The notes: a model not told the origin generated them from the letters alone. A stretch of DNA of 31,002 bases from a virus (IMGVR_UViG_3300027721_000010:1-31002); one strand, 5' to 3'. Numbered from the stretch's first letter, positions 17,406-25,004 are shown. Program-made: numbers and translations.

Positions 17406-17990
17406 TTAAACAACCTCAAATAGAACACTTAGTTGAGCCTCCTCGGTTGATGTTCCAATTGAACCTGTTTCATCACCCGCTATTCTAATAATATCTCCCG
17501 TAGTAAGAGATAAATTTAGCCCACTTGAAAACGCACCAACAGTTACACCCGAATCAGCACTAGTAAGTGTTATTCCCATGCTTCCAACTAAGGTGAAATT
17601 CCCGTCTGCTGTTGTGCTACCCGTCAACGGGTTTGTCATTTTATAAAGGTTAATAGTCCATGACTGACCCACTCCTATGGTCGGTGGTGTTGAACTAATC
17701 CATTTAAATCCCGCAGCTATAATTTTGCAGTTTTGAAGGATTGGCAAAACCGAAGAGTGCGTTGACGCGGGTGATGTTGGAGACCATTCTAATACATCTC
17801 GATTTAATCCGCCAGGGTCGCCACCAAACATATTAACAAATACACCCGTCATCATGTATCGTGTGGGTGCTACTAAATCAGCAATGTCTTGCACTGTAGT
17901 GCTAACTGTTTGACCACTCTGTACAACTGGTAATACCTCTGTCCCTGTAAGGGGTGCAGCTGCGGTGAGCTGACTAATCTTTTTATCCAT
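17406..17990 (-). CDS. Putative fibre/virion adaptor protein, KKISQL N-terminal module
   Basis: MDKKISQLTAAAPLTGTEVLPVVQSGQTVSTTVQDIADL paralogous to 16814-17305; unrelated beta-sandwich-like C-terminus. Confidence 0.7.
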   Translation of the reverse strand: MDKKISQLTAAAPLTGTEVLPVVQSGQTVSTTVQDIADLVAPTRYMMTGVFVNMFGGDPGGLNRDVLEWSPTSPASTHSSVLPILQNCKIIAAGFKWISSTPPTIGVGQSWTINLYKMTNPLTGSTTADGNFTLVGSMGITLTSADSGVTVGAFSSGLNLSLTTGDIIRIAGDETGSIGTSTEEAQLSVLFEVV

Positions 17991-17994
17991 AGTT

Positions 17995-18225
17995 TTAAAG
18001 GATTATGCGACTTCCGTCTTCTTGAAGAATGTATTGATTGTCTTCTGGTGTAGAACTTTCCAGGAGAAGGAAATCTCCTATAACAGGACCACAACATTCA
18101 TACGTCTGGATTTCTTTCCAGTTGCCCACCTTGGGCTTTGTTCTAGCTAGAATTACACTGCTAGACACAACTCTGCCTGTACCATCATAACGAACGTATG
18201 CCTTAAGTTTATTATTAGTTGCCAT
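17995..18225 (-). CDS. LKAYVRxDG-module protein 1
   Basis: LKAYVRYDGTGRVV...KPKVGNWKEI..YECC then LLLE...YILQEDG. Confidence 0.75.
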   Translation of the reverse strand: MATNNKLKAYVRYDGTGRVVSSSVILARTKPKVGNWKEIQTYECCGPVIGDFLLLESSTPEDNQYILQEDGSRIIL

Positions 18226-18248
18226 TTTATTAAATATATATATAAGAA

Positions 18249-18890
18249 TTAAAAGCTTCTTATTGGTCTTACAACAGCCGAAGTATCCTTATTACTGGCA
18301 CCCTGTTGACCAGTTGAAAAATCTAAACGCCAAGCATTAAGTGCATCAAATTGTGAGGAAGACCAATATCGAAGATTTAGGAATCCACCGATTGCAACCC
18401 TGTTTTCATATAATTTCAAGAGTTCAAGTCTACTTGCTAAATACCAATCAGTATATCCTCCTTCGTTTAAATCCAAACAAAGTTTTGCTGCACTGAAAGG
18501 ATCAGCACACTCAGCAGCTATATCAAGACTGTTTTGTAATCCAGTCCCGATAGCTTGTCCATTAGCCCCTGTTAAAAGAGTTCCAAAACAACCCCAACCA
18601 GCCTGGAAAGGATTGGTTGTGGTGGTTACTAAACCATGTTGAACTAATGGATCATAACCTTCATCACCTGGTTGTAAAATGTATGCAATAATACCACCCA
18701 ATGCAGCGTCACCAACTTCATATTGAAATGCTGTAGTGGTTGTTGTTGTAGTATTACAACACTCATTTGCGTCTATCTCTACCCAGTTGCCCACCTTGGG
18801 TTTAAAGCGCTGAAGGATAAGACTTCCAGCGATTACACGTCCTGTTCCGTCAAAACGAACATAAGCTTTCAGTTTATTGTCAGTTGCCAT
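18249..18890 (-). CDS. LKAYVRxDG-module protein 2 with poly-Thr linker and DUF1566/Lcl-like C-terminal domain
   Basis: Shared N-module, T7 linker, GGYTDWYLAS..EL..LY...YWSSSQ...AW.LDF..G. Confidence 0.75.
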   Translation of the reverse strand: MATDNKLKAYVRFDGTGRVIAGSLILQRFKPKVGNWVEIDANECCNTTTTTTTAFQYEVGDAALGGIIAYILQPGDEGYDPLVQHGLVTTTTNPFQAGWGCFGTLLTGANGQAIGTGLQNSLDIAAECADPFSAAKLCLDLNEGGYTDWYLASRLELLKLYENRVAIGGFLNLRYWSSSQFDALNAWRLDFSTGQQGASNKDTSAVVRPIRSF

Positions 18891-18901
18891 AGGTTAAGAT
18901 T

Positions 18902-19144
18902 TTACCCACCTGTAGTAGTAGTGGTTGTGGTGGTAGGTTCTACTGTAGTAGTGGTTGTCGTAGTGACAGGTACACCAGTGGTAGTTGTGGTAGTAGTAGG
19001 ATTGCAGCACTCATACGCTGGAATTTCCACCCACTTACCAACTTTGGGCTTCTTTCTTCTCAGAATAAGACTACCTGCAACTATTCTTCCGCTTCCATCG
19101 AAACGGACAAATGCCTTTAAAGGACGAGGATCAATTGTTCCCAT
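18902..19144 (-). CDS. LKAFVRxDG-module protein 3 with mucin-like poly-Thr tail
   Basis: Shared N-module followed by three Thr runs (T7, T7, T8) separated by GVPV and VEP. Confidence 0.8.
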   Translation of the reverse strand: MGTIDPRPLKAFVRFDGSGRIVAGSLILRRKKPKVGKWVEIPAYECCNPTTTTTTTGVPVTTTTTTTVEPTTTTTTTTGG

Positions 19145-19155
19145 AATAATTAGGG

Positions 19156-20172
19156 TTAATAGTTAAGGTTATATTTATTAGATAATTTCTTCAATTCGTT
19201 TGCGTAATACCATGTACAACGCGGTTTGCTATTTTCATCATTCAACACCACATCCAGATGCTCATCTTTTGTAGGATCACCACCAGCGTGGTACTTACCC
19301 TTGTAAAAACAGCTGTAGTCACCCATTCTAGTGCCTACAACACCTGCATTATGAAGGATGGGGTGGGTTTCTAGTTTGGTGATGGGGTCAGGAGCCCAAG
19401 AGAATCCCATTTCATCAATCACCTTCACCTCTTTTTCTTTCACCCACAGGTTCCACAGAACAGCCCACATATCAGCGCACCAGCTCTGGAATCCTCTATC
19501 CTCGCTTTCAAAGAATTCTTTGTTGATTCTCTGGAGGTAGCTTCTAATCAGGATGCAATCATTCATCACTTTGTTCCAGAAAGCTGCATCTATGTTCTTC
19601 AGGAGGTATTGTGCACCACCTGAATCTTTATCTTTTTCCATAGCTTCCTCACGACTAATCCCAATCACACTGCCTATCTCTGCAAGGATGTCGCGTGTCT
19701 TATATTCTTCCAGCTTTTCAGGAAGTACATCCTTTATTTTGCTGTCAAAATAAGAAGCGCTTATGTAGCTGTGTGTATCAGACAGATAGCACACATCATC
19801 ATCTATATACTTATCAACGTTGAAATGCTGTGTGAACAGCACATCAGAATCGCAGTAGAAGATAGCCTTATCACTGAGCTCTGGGTGTTCTTTCCAATGT
19901 CTCCAGAGGGTGTAAGGTCTAAGCACTGGAATGTATATCCCTAGTAGCGAACTTACGTCGTGTTCATCTTTGTAGAAGTGGAACTCAGTTTCTGGGTAGA
20001 GGTCAATTACCTGCTTCCAGTTCTTATTCACTTCTCTGTAGTTGGGAGTAAAGATTAAGACAATTGCCTTATCGCTATCTCCTCTGTTCTTTAAACTCTC
20101 TAACCACAGGTGTACTTGCCATGTGTAATACGTATCATCTGGCTGAACACAGACGTACTTAAGATCCTTCAT
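19156..20172 (-). CDS. GT-A glycosyltransferase resembling HPAT/SGT1 (GT95/GT96) protein O-glycosyltransferases
   Basis: YYTWQVHLWLESL, PVLRPYTLWRHW, FYCDSDVLF (DxD), GGAQYL, WCADMWAVLWN occur in the order of the HPAT/SGT1 motifs Y..WQ, N[KR]P...WL, DxD, W..EMY. Confidence 0.6.
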   Translation of the reverse strand: MKDLKYVCVQPDDTYYTWQVHLWLESLKNRGDSDKAIVLIFTPNYREVNKNWKQVIDLYPETEFHFYKDEHDVSSLLGIYIPVLRPYTLWRHWKEHPELSDKAIFYCDSDVLFTQHFNVDKYIDDDVCYLSDTHSYISASYFDSKIKDVLPEKLEEYKTRDILAEIGSVIGISREEAMEKDKDSGGAQYLLKNIDAAFWNKVMNDCILIRSYLQRINKEFFESEDRGFQSWCADMWAVLWNLWVKEKEVKVIDEMGFSWAPDPITKLETHPILHNAGVVGTRMGDYSCFYKGKYHAGGDPTKDEHLDVVLNDENSKPRCTWYYANELKKLSNKYNLNY

Positions 20173-20200
20173 ATGTAGTTTTGTTGGTTTTGTATAATCA

Positions 20201-20347
20201 CTACGGGGTGGTAGTAGTTGTGGTGGTAGTGGTGAAGTTGTTATTCAAATCACAAAGCTGGCAGGAAATACCCTCCAGCTGCTTAGCAATCTGCCACAAC
20301 AGGTTCTCTGTTGTACCCCATCCTATTTGTCTACTAGGTATTGCCAT
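20201..20347 (-). CDS. 48-aa IPSRQIGW-module protein with poly-Thr tail (absent from ORF track)
   Basis: Manual translation [48 protein letters not shown]; paralog of N-terminus of 20790-21488. Confidence 0.85.
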   Translation of the reverse strand: MAIPSRQIGWGTTENLLWQIAKQLEGISCQLCDLNNNFTTTTTTTTTP

Positions 20348-20349
20348 TA

Positions 20350-20793
20350 TTAATAAGTTTTATTCAATATGAAAATATCACTGTATATACTGTTCCCTGT
20401 GCTAGCTGCACCCCATTGAACAGTGACATCTAATGTGTTACTGATTGTTGTATCAAAGGTTGTACTATTCACTGTATTAAATGCAAAACCTTCAACAACA
20501 CCATTTACTGTTTTTGTATAATGAAATCCACCTAAAGTGACAATTGATGCTACACCAGCAGCTCCTAGTTGTCTAATGGTGAAATCTATATTCAAATTAA
20601 ACACATTGTTTGTAATGTTTGTAATGGGCTGCGCTCCACTGTCAAGTAGGATAACAGAACCCGCCTTCACTCTAATTCTTATTGTTTGGTTATTTGTAGC
20701 AGTTACAAGTCCACCAAATACAGCTCTAAAGCTATCTCCTACACTAAATCCATTAGCTGGTACAGTTAGTGTCCCCACGCCACCATTAATCAA
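20350..20793 (-). CDS. Beta-rich fibre C-terminal domain; probably the frameshifted second half of 20790-21488
   Basis: Only a TTG start overlapping the upstream TGA; [21 protein letters not shown]... Confidence 0.65.
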   Translation of the reverse strand: MINGGVGTLTVPANGFSVGDSFRAVFGGLVTATNNQTIRIRVKAGSVILLDSGAQPITNITNNVFNLNIDFTIRQLGAAGVASIVTLGGFHYTKTVNGVVEGFAFNTVNSTTFDTTISNTLDVTVQWGAASTGNSIYSDIFILNKTY

Positions 20794-21488
20794 GTGCTTT
20801 CTACAGTGGTGTTAGTGATTATGGTGCTGTTTGCTGTTTGAGCAAAAAGTCCATAATTCACTGATGTTGGGAGTGTTGCAGAAGTTCCACTGGTACCAGA
20901 AGTCCCAGTTGTTCCAGAAGTTCCCGTAGTCCCTGAAGTGCCAGTTGATCCACTTGTACCGCTAGTTGCGCTAGTGCCACTAGTACCAGCAGTACCAGAG
21001 GTACCGTTTGTACCATTACCACCAGCAGCTCCATTAAGGTTAACACCCCAAGAGCTATAAGTGCCTGATCCTGTTACTTCAGAAGGTGCACCAAACACCA
21101 AAACCCCTGTAAGGGGATTATATGAAGTGACCATTGAAACCTGGTGATTATTAATATCGTATGCTATCAGTACGTCCTGAGCTGTGGTATAAGCTAAGCC
21201 AGTTCCTACAGTGATAGTTCCACCAGTGCCTAATGTAAATGTGCTAGAAGATGTGGTTTGATATCTGTCTCCAGGTTGTCCAGCAGTTCCTGAAGTTCCC
21301 GATGTTCCTGAGGTGCCACTAGTTCCACTAGACCCACTGGTTCCTGAGGTACCGCTTGTTCCTGTAATTGTGCCTATGTTATCGTTGAGCGTACAGAGCT
21401 GACAGCCAGCTTGCTCCATTTGTTTAGCAATCTGCCACAACAGGTTGTCCTGCGTGCTCCAGCCTATCTGTCTTGAAGGTATTGGCAT
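20790..21488 (-). CDS. IPSRQIGW-module fibre protein with two (GTS)n collagen-like blocks
   Basis: N-module, GTS block, GDRY...WGVNLNG spacer domain, second GTS block, ends abruptly at TVEST. Confidence 0.8.
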   Translation of the reverse strand: MPIPSRQIGWSTQDNLLWQIAKQMEQAGCQLCTLNDNIGTITGTSGTSGTSGSSGTSGTSGTSGTSGTAGQPGDRYQTTSSSTFTLGTGGTITVGTGLAYTTAQDVLIAYDINNHQVSMVTSYNPLTGVLVFGAPSEVTGSGTYSSWGVNLNGAAGGNGTNGTSGTAGTSGTSATSGTSGSTGTSGTTGTSGTTGTSGTSGTSATLPTSVNYGLFAQTANSTIITNTTVEST

Positions 21489-21494
21489 AAGTTA

Positions 21495-21525
21495 CAAATA
21501 TATGGTGTTAGTTAGAGAAAACAAT
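21495..21525 (-). promoter_or_regulatory. Bacteroidota-type promoter, (near-)leaderless
   Basis: ATTG (21525-21522), 19 nt, TATATTTG (21502-21495); only 6 nt before ATG 21488. Confidence 0.6.
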
Positions 21526-21567
21526 GAGCTTCAACAAATTACAATAACCAAGTTTGTTAAAACAGCT

Positions 21568-21789
21568 CTAACTAAACTTGTTTAAATATTTGGACAGCAA
21601 GATATAGCAGGCAAAGAACGATCCTGAGATTCCATAGAAGATAAGATCGGCTGCCCAGAATGAGCCAGTTACCTCCATTATCAACTTGAAAAGGAAGTCG
21701 TACCCAAAAGGTAGGAAGAACATTCCCAGCATTAGGGAGACGTCTCTTAAGGTTGTTAATTTCTTTCTTTGCTTTCTTAACATGCTCAC
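21568..21789 (-). CDS. Small 2-TM membrane protein (holin-like candidate)
   Basis: Basic N-terminus, two hydrophobic segments (LMLGMFFLPFGYDFLFKLI; FWAADLIFYGISGSFFACYILL). Confidence 0.65.
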   Translation of the reverse strand: MSMLRKQRKKLTTLRDVSLMLGMFFLPFGYDFLFKLIMEVTGSFWAADLIFYGISGSFFACYILLSKYLNKFS

Positions 21790-21810
21790 TTTCCATAGAT
21801 TTAGTATTGG

Positions 21811-21936
21811 TTAACGACCCTGTCCCCTATACTTAGAGACAGCTTTATCTTTGGGACCGCTAGATTTTCTAGCCTTTCCACCCTTGCGTTTGCCAAAGGT
21901 GATTTTTCTAGAGTCTGAAGCTTTTGGTTTTGCCAT
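21811..21936 (-). CDS. 41-aa basic protein ending YRGQGR (absent from ORF track)
   Basis: Manual translation MAKPKASDSRKITFGKRKGGKARKSSGPKDKAVSKYRGQGR; resembles a common small phage family. Confidence 0.75.
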   Translation of the reverse strand: MAKPKASDSRKITFGKRKGGKARKSSGPKDKAVSKYRGQGR

Positions 21937-21942
21937 TTTGGT

Positions 21943-23055
21943 TTATTTTTTATTTTTTTCCTCTTGGGTTGCGTACTTAATACCCATAATTGTTCCTACT
22001 ATCGAGAATGCGTTGGTAAGCAATACGCTAAACATATTAGACCAAGTTGAACCAATAATCTGCGTATCCTTATTTGACAATATTGCAAATGAGTACATTA
22101 TGGTGGTAATAAATCCAACCGACATAATTACAAACAAAGCTGATTTAACAATCACTTTAATTAACTCGCTTTGACTCTTCTTTATCGTTGCATCCAAATC
22201 ATTCAAGGCTGCATCTTTTTCCATCTCTATTGCCAATCTAAGCTTGTTTGAGTTGTCTAACTCTATTTGCAAGTTCTTAGATAGTTCGTTTATTTTGTTT
22301 TTGCTATTTATAGTTTCAGTAATGTCATTGGCAATTTTCATTACCTTTTTGCAGGTGCCATCGTTGCTAAGTATGGGATTGTAAGTGGCTTTCAAATAAA
22401 TAGGAGTGCCATCTACTTTCCTTCTTTCATACTCGCCTTCAAAGAACTTGCCGCTGCTTAACTTTGCCCAAAACTCCTTGTATTCTTCTGACTTTGAATA
22501 CTCATAGCTAACAAAAATGCTGTGGTGCTTCCCAATAATTTTGCTCTCATCTTTTTCGTCAAAGCCCATTGCTTTCAAAAAAATAGAGTTCGCTCCCAAT
22601 ACATACCCGTCACAATCAAAGTAAATGATGGCGTTGCTTTTACTCACTGCGCCAATCTCATTCTTTGCTATGACCGTTGTGCTTACATCACTAGCAATCT
22701 TCATTATCTTGGTTACCTCGCCATCCTCATTCAGTATTGGATTGTAGGTTGCCTGTAGATAAATAAGATTGCCATCTACTTTTACCCTCTCAAACTCCCC
22801 CTCAAAGAACTTTCCTGCTCTTAGCGTTTCCCAAAACTTAATATAGTCATCTGACTTTACATATTCAGGAGAAACAAAAATGCTATGGTGTTTACCAATA
22901 ACCTTTTCGTGTTCTCCATCCTTATACCCCATCGTTTCTAAAAAGATAGAATTAACCCCAAGAATAAACCCATTGAGGTCAAAGTATATGATGGCATTAC
23001 TACGATTAATAGCCTCCATCCTACTCAGTAGCTCTTCTTTACTGAGGTTCTTCAT
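21943..23055 (-). CDS. Tandem PAS/PAC sensor protein with coiled coil and two C-terminal TM helices
   Basis: Two repeats of SNAIIYFD..G..LG.NSIFL..MG...IGKHHSIFV...FW..L..GKFFEGE.ER...DG..IYL.ATYNPIL (chemoreceptor-type PAS); no kinase, GGDEF or MCP output domain. Confidence 0.85.
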   Translation of the reverse strand: MKNLSKEELLSRMEAINRSNAIIYFDLNGFILGVNSIFLETMGYKDGEHEKVIGKHHSIFVSPEYVKSDDYIKFWETLRAGKFFEGEFERVKVDGNLIYLQATYNPILNEDGEVTKIMKIASDVSTTVIAKNEIGAVSKSNAIIYFDCDGYVLGANSIFLKAMGFDEKDESKIIGKHHSIFVSYEYSKSEEYKEFWAKLSSGKFFEGEYERRKVDGTPIYLKATYNPILSNDGTCKKVMKIANDITETINSKNKINELSKNLQIELDNSNKLRLAIEMEKDAALNDLDATIKKSQSELIKVIVKSALFVIMSVGFITTIMYSFAILSNKDTQIIGSTWSNMFSVLLTNAFSIVGTIMGIKYATQEEKNKK

Positions 23056-23296
23056 CGTTATTTCCTTTTGTCTTGTTAATCCATTTATCTACAGAAGCTA
23101 TTCCAAAAGCTCCCAGTACAATTATCATGAATCCATCAAATATGAATTGGTGGATGGGCATTTCTCTACCCAGAATACCAGTGATAAGATCTGTAATCAG
23201 AGCTACCACCATCATGAGGAAGGCAATAAATCCAACCACAGCTTTCTCATTAATAGAGTTGTTGTCGTTAAATAAATCGTGTAAAAACTTTTTCAT
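23039..23296 (-). CDS. 2-TM holin-like protein
   Basis: Two hydrophobic helices, charged C-tail, ATGA-coupled to endolysin. Confidence 0.6.
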   Translation of the reverse strand: MKKFLHDLFNDNNSINEKAVVGFIAFLMMVVALITDLITGILGREMPIHQFIFDGFMIIVLGAFGIASVDKWINKTKGNNDEEPQ

Positions 23297-23892
23297 GCTA
23301 ATAAATTGTAATATTCTTTAAAATGTTTGATACGATCAGCAAGACCAATTGTACCACCGTTTACGCGTTTTGTAACAGAAGTTACCACCGCATCTGTAGC
23401 ACCACCATCCGCTATCTTGTGCAAACCGTTCTTATGGAAGAACCAAGCTGCAGAAAGCAGAGGATATTTGCTAGCCACCAAGTCAGGATTAGCTAGGATG
23501 TCTTCAGGAACTACAGCATCGAAAGAAGTGTAGTTTTGTTTACCTGTAAGTTGGATGTAACCTCTTCCACGAAACTTCCATCCCTCACCAGAAGCCTCAG
23601 GACCATTTCCCATTCTTCCTCCATATACCAGATTAGCTATCTTCTCAGGCTTACGCTCGTATTCCTTAGCTTTAGCTTCTGTGGGGAAATACTTCTTGAA
23701 GATTCCAAGAAGACCCTTGGCACCATAGTTTAGGTTCTCACTTGTAGCCTTGAAACCACCACTCTCGTGACCACATTGAGCCAGGAAGTGAGCTAGTCTT
23801 AAGGGTGTATTGAGTTCAAACTTTTGTACTGTGTCAGGGATCTGAGCCAGTACAGCATCTGGGATGTGTCCTTTTAATTTCTCTATATTCAT
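23293..23892 (-). CDS. Endolysin, glycoside hydrolase family 19
   Basis: RLAHFLAQCGHESGGF..ENLNY, G.GWKFRGRGYIQLTGK.NY, RVNGGTIGL. Confidence 0.92.
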   Translation of the reverse strand: MNIEKLKGHIPDAVLAQIPDTVQKFELNTPLRLAHFLAQCGHESGGFKATSENLNYGAKGLLGIFKKYFPTEAKAKEYERKPEKIANLVYGGRMGNGPEASGEGWKFRGRGYIQLTGKQNYTSFDAVVPEDILANPDLVASKYPLLSAAWFFHKNGLHKIADGGATDAVVTSVTKRVNGGTIGLADRIKHFKEYYNLLA

Positions 23893-24500
23893 TTCTTAAG
23901 CTTTAGTTTCCAATAAGTGCCTACTCCGTACATAAAATCGCCATAAGTATTTACACTTAGTGACCCTCCAAACAGAAAATCCTTCCTAGTTTTCAGAAGA
24001 GCACCCACCGATATCTGCTGGTTCTGGCTATTCGTTTGGAAGGCCCCCCCTACATACAGCTGATTCACTTTTTTTGCAGGAAGAGTGATAGTTTCCTTAA
24101 TTATGGGATACTTAATGTTCACTTGTGTACTTCTTCCTACAATAAGATTCTTCTGAACAGTATCAATGATCTTTACGTATCCATTCGTATCAATGCGCAC
24201 ACTATCCTGCTGGATATTCTTTGCAAGTAGTTGATTTACAACCTCTTGATACTGAAGTACCAATTTTTGGTAATTAGTATCTGGGATGTAATGGTTGATG
24301 ATAGTATCATGTGATTCTATCTCAATAGTCTTTACTAGCTGAGGTTTGCTGTATATCAGGGAGTCTTTTACCACCCAAGCTGTATCCCTAACAATTGTAG
24401 GTTCTTCAGAAGCACCAGGTTGAGCACATTTTTGTAGAGCCACCACTATTAGCAGCACCACTATGGCTAAGCTCAATAAATTCTTCTTAACAAACTGCAT
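23889..24500 (-). CDS. Envelope-anchored protein, putative spanin/lysis accessory
   Basis: N-terminal hydrophobic segment followed closely by Cys (ALQKC), five D-[ST]-[AVIL] motifs, C-terminal beta-strand-like region; immediately upstream of endolysin. Confidence 0.5.
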   Translation of the reverse strand: MQFVKKNLLSLAIVVLLIVVALQKCAQPGASEEPTIVRDTAWVVKDSLIYSKPQLVKTIEIESHDTIINHYIPDTNYQKLVLQYQEVVNQLLAKNIQQDSVRIDTNGYVKIIDTVQKNLIVGRSTQVNIKYPIIKETITLPAKKVNQLYVGGAFQTNSQNQQISVGALLKTRKDFLFGGSLSVNTYGDFMYGVGTYWKLKLKK

Positions 24501-24501
24501 A

Positions 24502-24822
24502 TCAATTAGTTAGGTTGGCAAAGATTTTGGTGATGTACTCAGCACCCATCACTAAAACTCCTAAAATAGCTGCGGCCCAGTACACCTTCTTTTTGAAATC
24601 CTCATGCTTTTCCACCTTTTTCTCTAACGTAGTGATCTTTGCTTTAAGATCATCTATCTCTTTAACAAATCCACCTTGCTTGGTAAGAGGGTTACCTAGG
24701 ATAGCATCGATTACTTGTGTAAGTTTAGTATCGATGGAGTTGATTTTTTCCTCCATGTCATATAGACGCTGATCCATGCTCTTGAGCTCTGATTTTACTT
24801 GTTCTTCAAATACATTTTCCAT
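24502..24822 (-). CDS. Coiled-coil protein with single C-terminal TM (holin/antiholin-like)
   Basis: Two heptad segments, then VYWAAAILGVLVMGAEYITKIF; first gene of the lysis cassette. Confidence 0.55.
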   Translation of the reverse strand: MENVFEEQVKSELKSMDQRLYDMEEKINSIDTKLTQVIDAILGNPLTKQGGFVKEIDDLKAKITTLEKKVEKHEDFKKKVYWAAAILGVLVMGAEYITKIFANLTN

Positions 24823-24845
24823 GATAGTATTACATGGGATTAGGG

Positions 24846-24950
24846 GTTAAAATGAAACACGCCAACCCCCTCCGAAGCAGGGACCAGCGTGTTTGTAGTT
24901 AAATGCCCAGAGTGGGCATAATATAGCAATAAATTGACAGAGTAGGTGTC
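24846..24950 (-). ncRNA. Structured leader / candidate attenuator or sRNA ahead of the lysis cassette
   Basis: Three hairpins (24936-24950, 24903-24919, 24855-24894); the last has a cUUCGg loop and a U-rich 3' flank on the minus strand. Confidence 0.5.
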
Positions 24951-24956
24951 TGGGGG

Positions 24957-24988
24957 CAAATCTAATAAATTGTTTTGAAACTACCAAA
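24957..24988 (-). promoter_or_regulatory. Bacteroidota-type promoter for leader/lysis cassette
   Basis: Minus strand TTTG (24988-24985), 20 nt, TAGATTTG (24964-24957). Confidence 0.75.
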
Positions 24989-25004
24989 TATTTTTTTAAC
25001 TTTG
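24974..25004 (+). promoter_or_regulatory. Bacteroidota-type promoter for the multi-domain glycosyltransferase
   Basis: TTTG (24974-24977), 19 nt, TAACTTTG (24997-25004); overlaps the divergent promoter. Confidence 0.8.

Noticed and set aside
18249-18890. DUF1566 domain as a diversity-generating retroelement target
   Set aside because: No reverse transcriptase and no template-repeat copy of its 3' end found in the window; cannot exclude one elsewhere
18902-19000. Trinucleotide-like GTA/GTG/GTT arrays as CRISPR or non-coding repeats
   Set aside because: They encode poly-Thr with mixed synonymous codons; no repeat-spacer structure
21509-21574. 9-bp inverted repeat TAGTTAGAG/CTCTAACTA around the 21495 promoter region
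   Set aside because: AT-rich, long loop, no U-tract; plausible by chance
21572-21796. 74-aa overlapping ORF MESEHVKK...
   Set aside because: The overlapping frame 21568-21789 gives a coherent 2-TM protein; this one looks like an off-frame shadow
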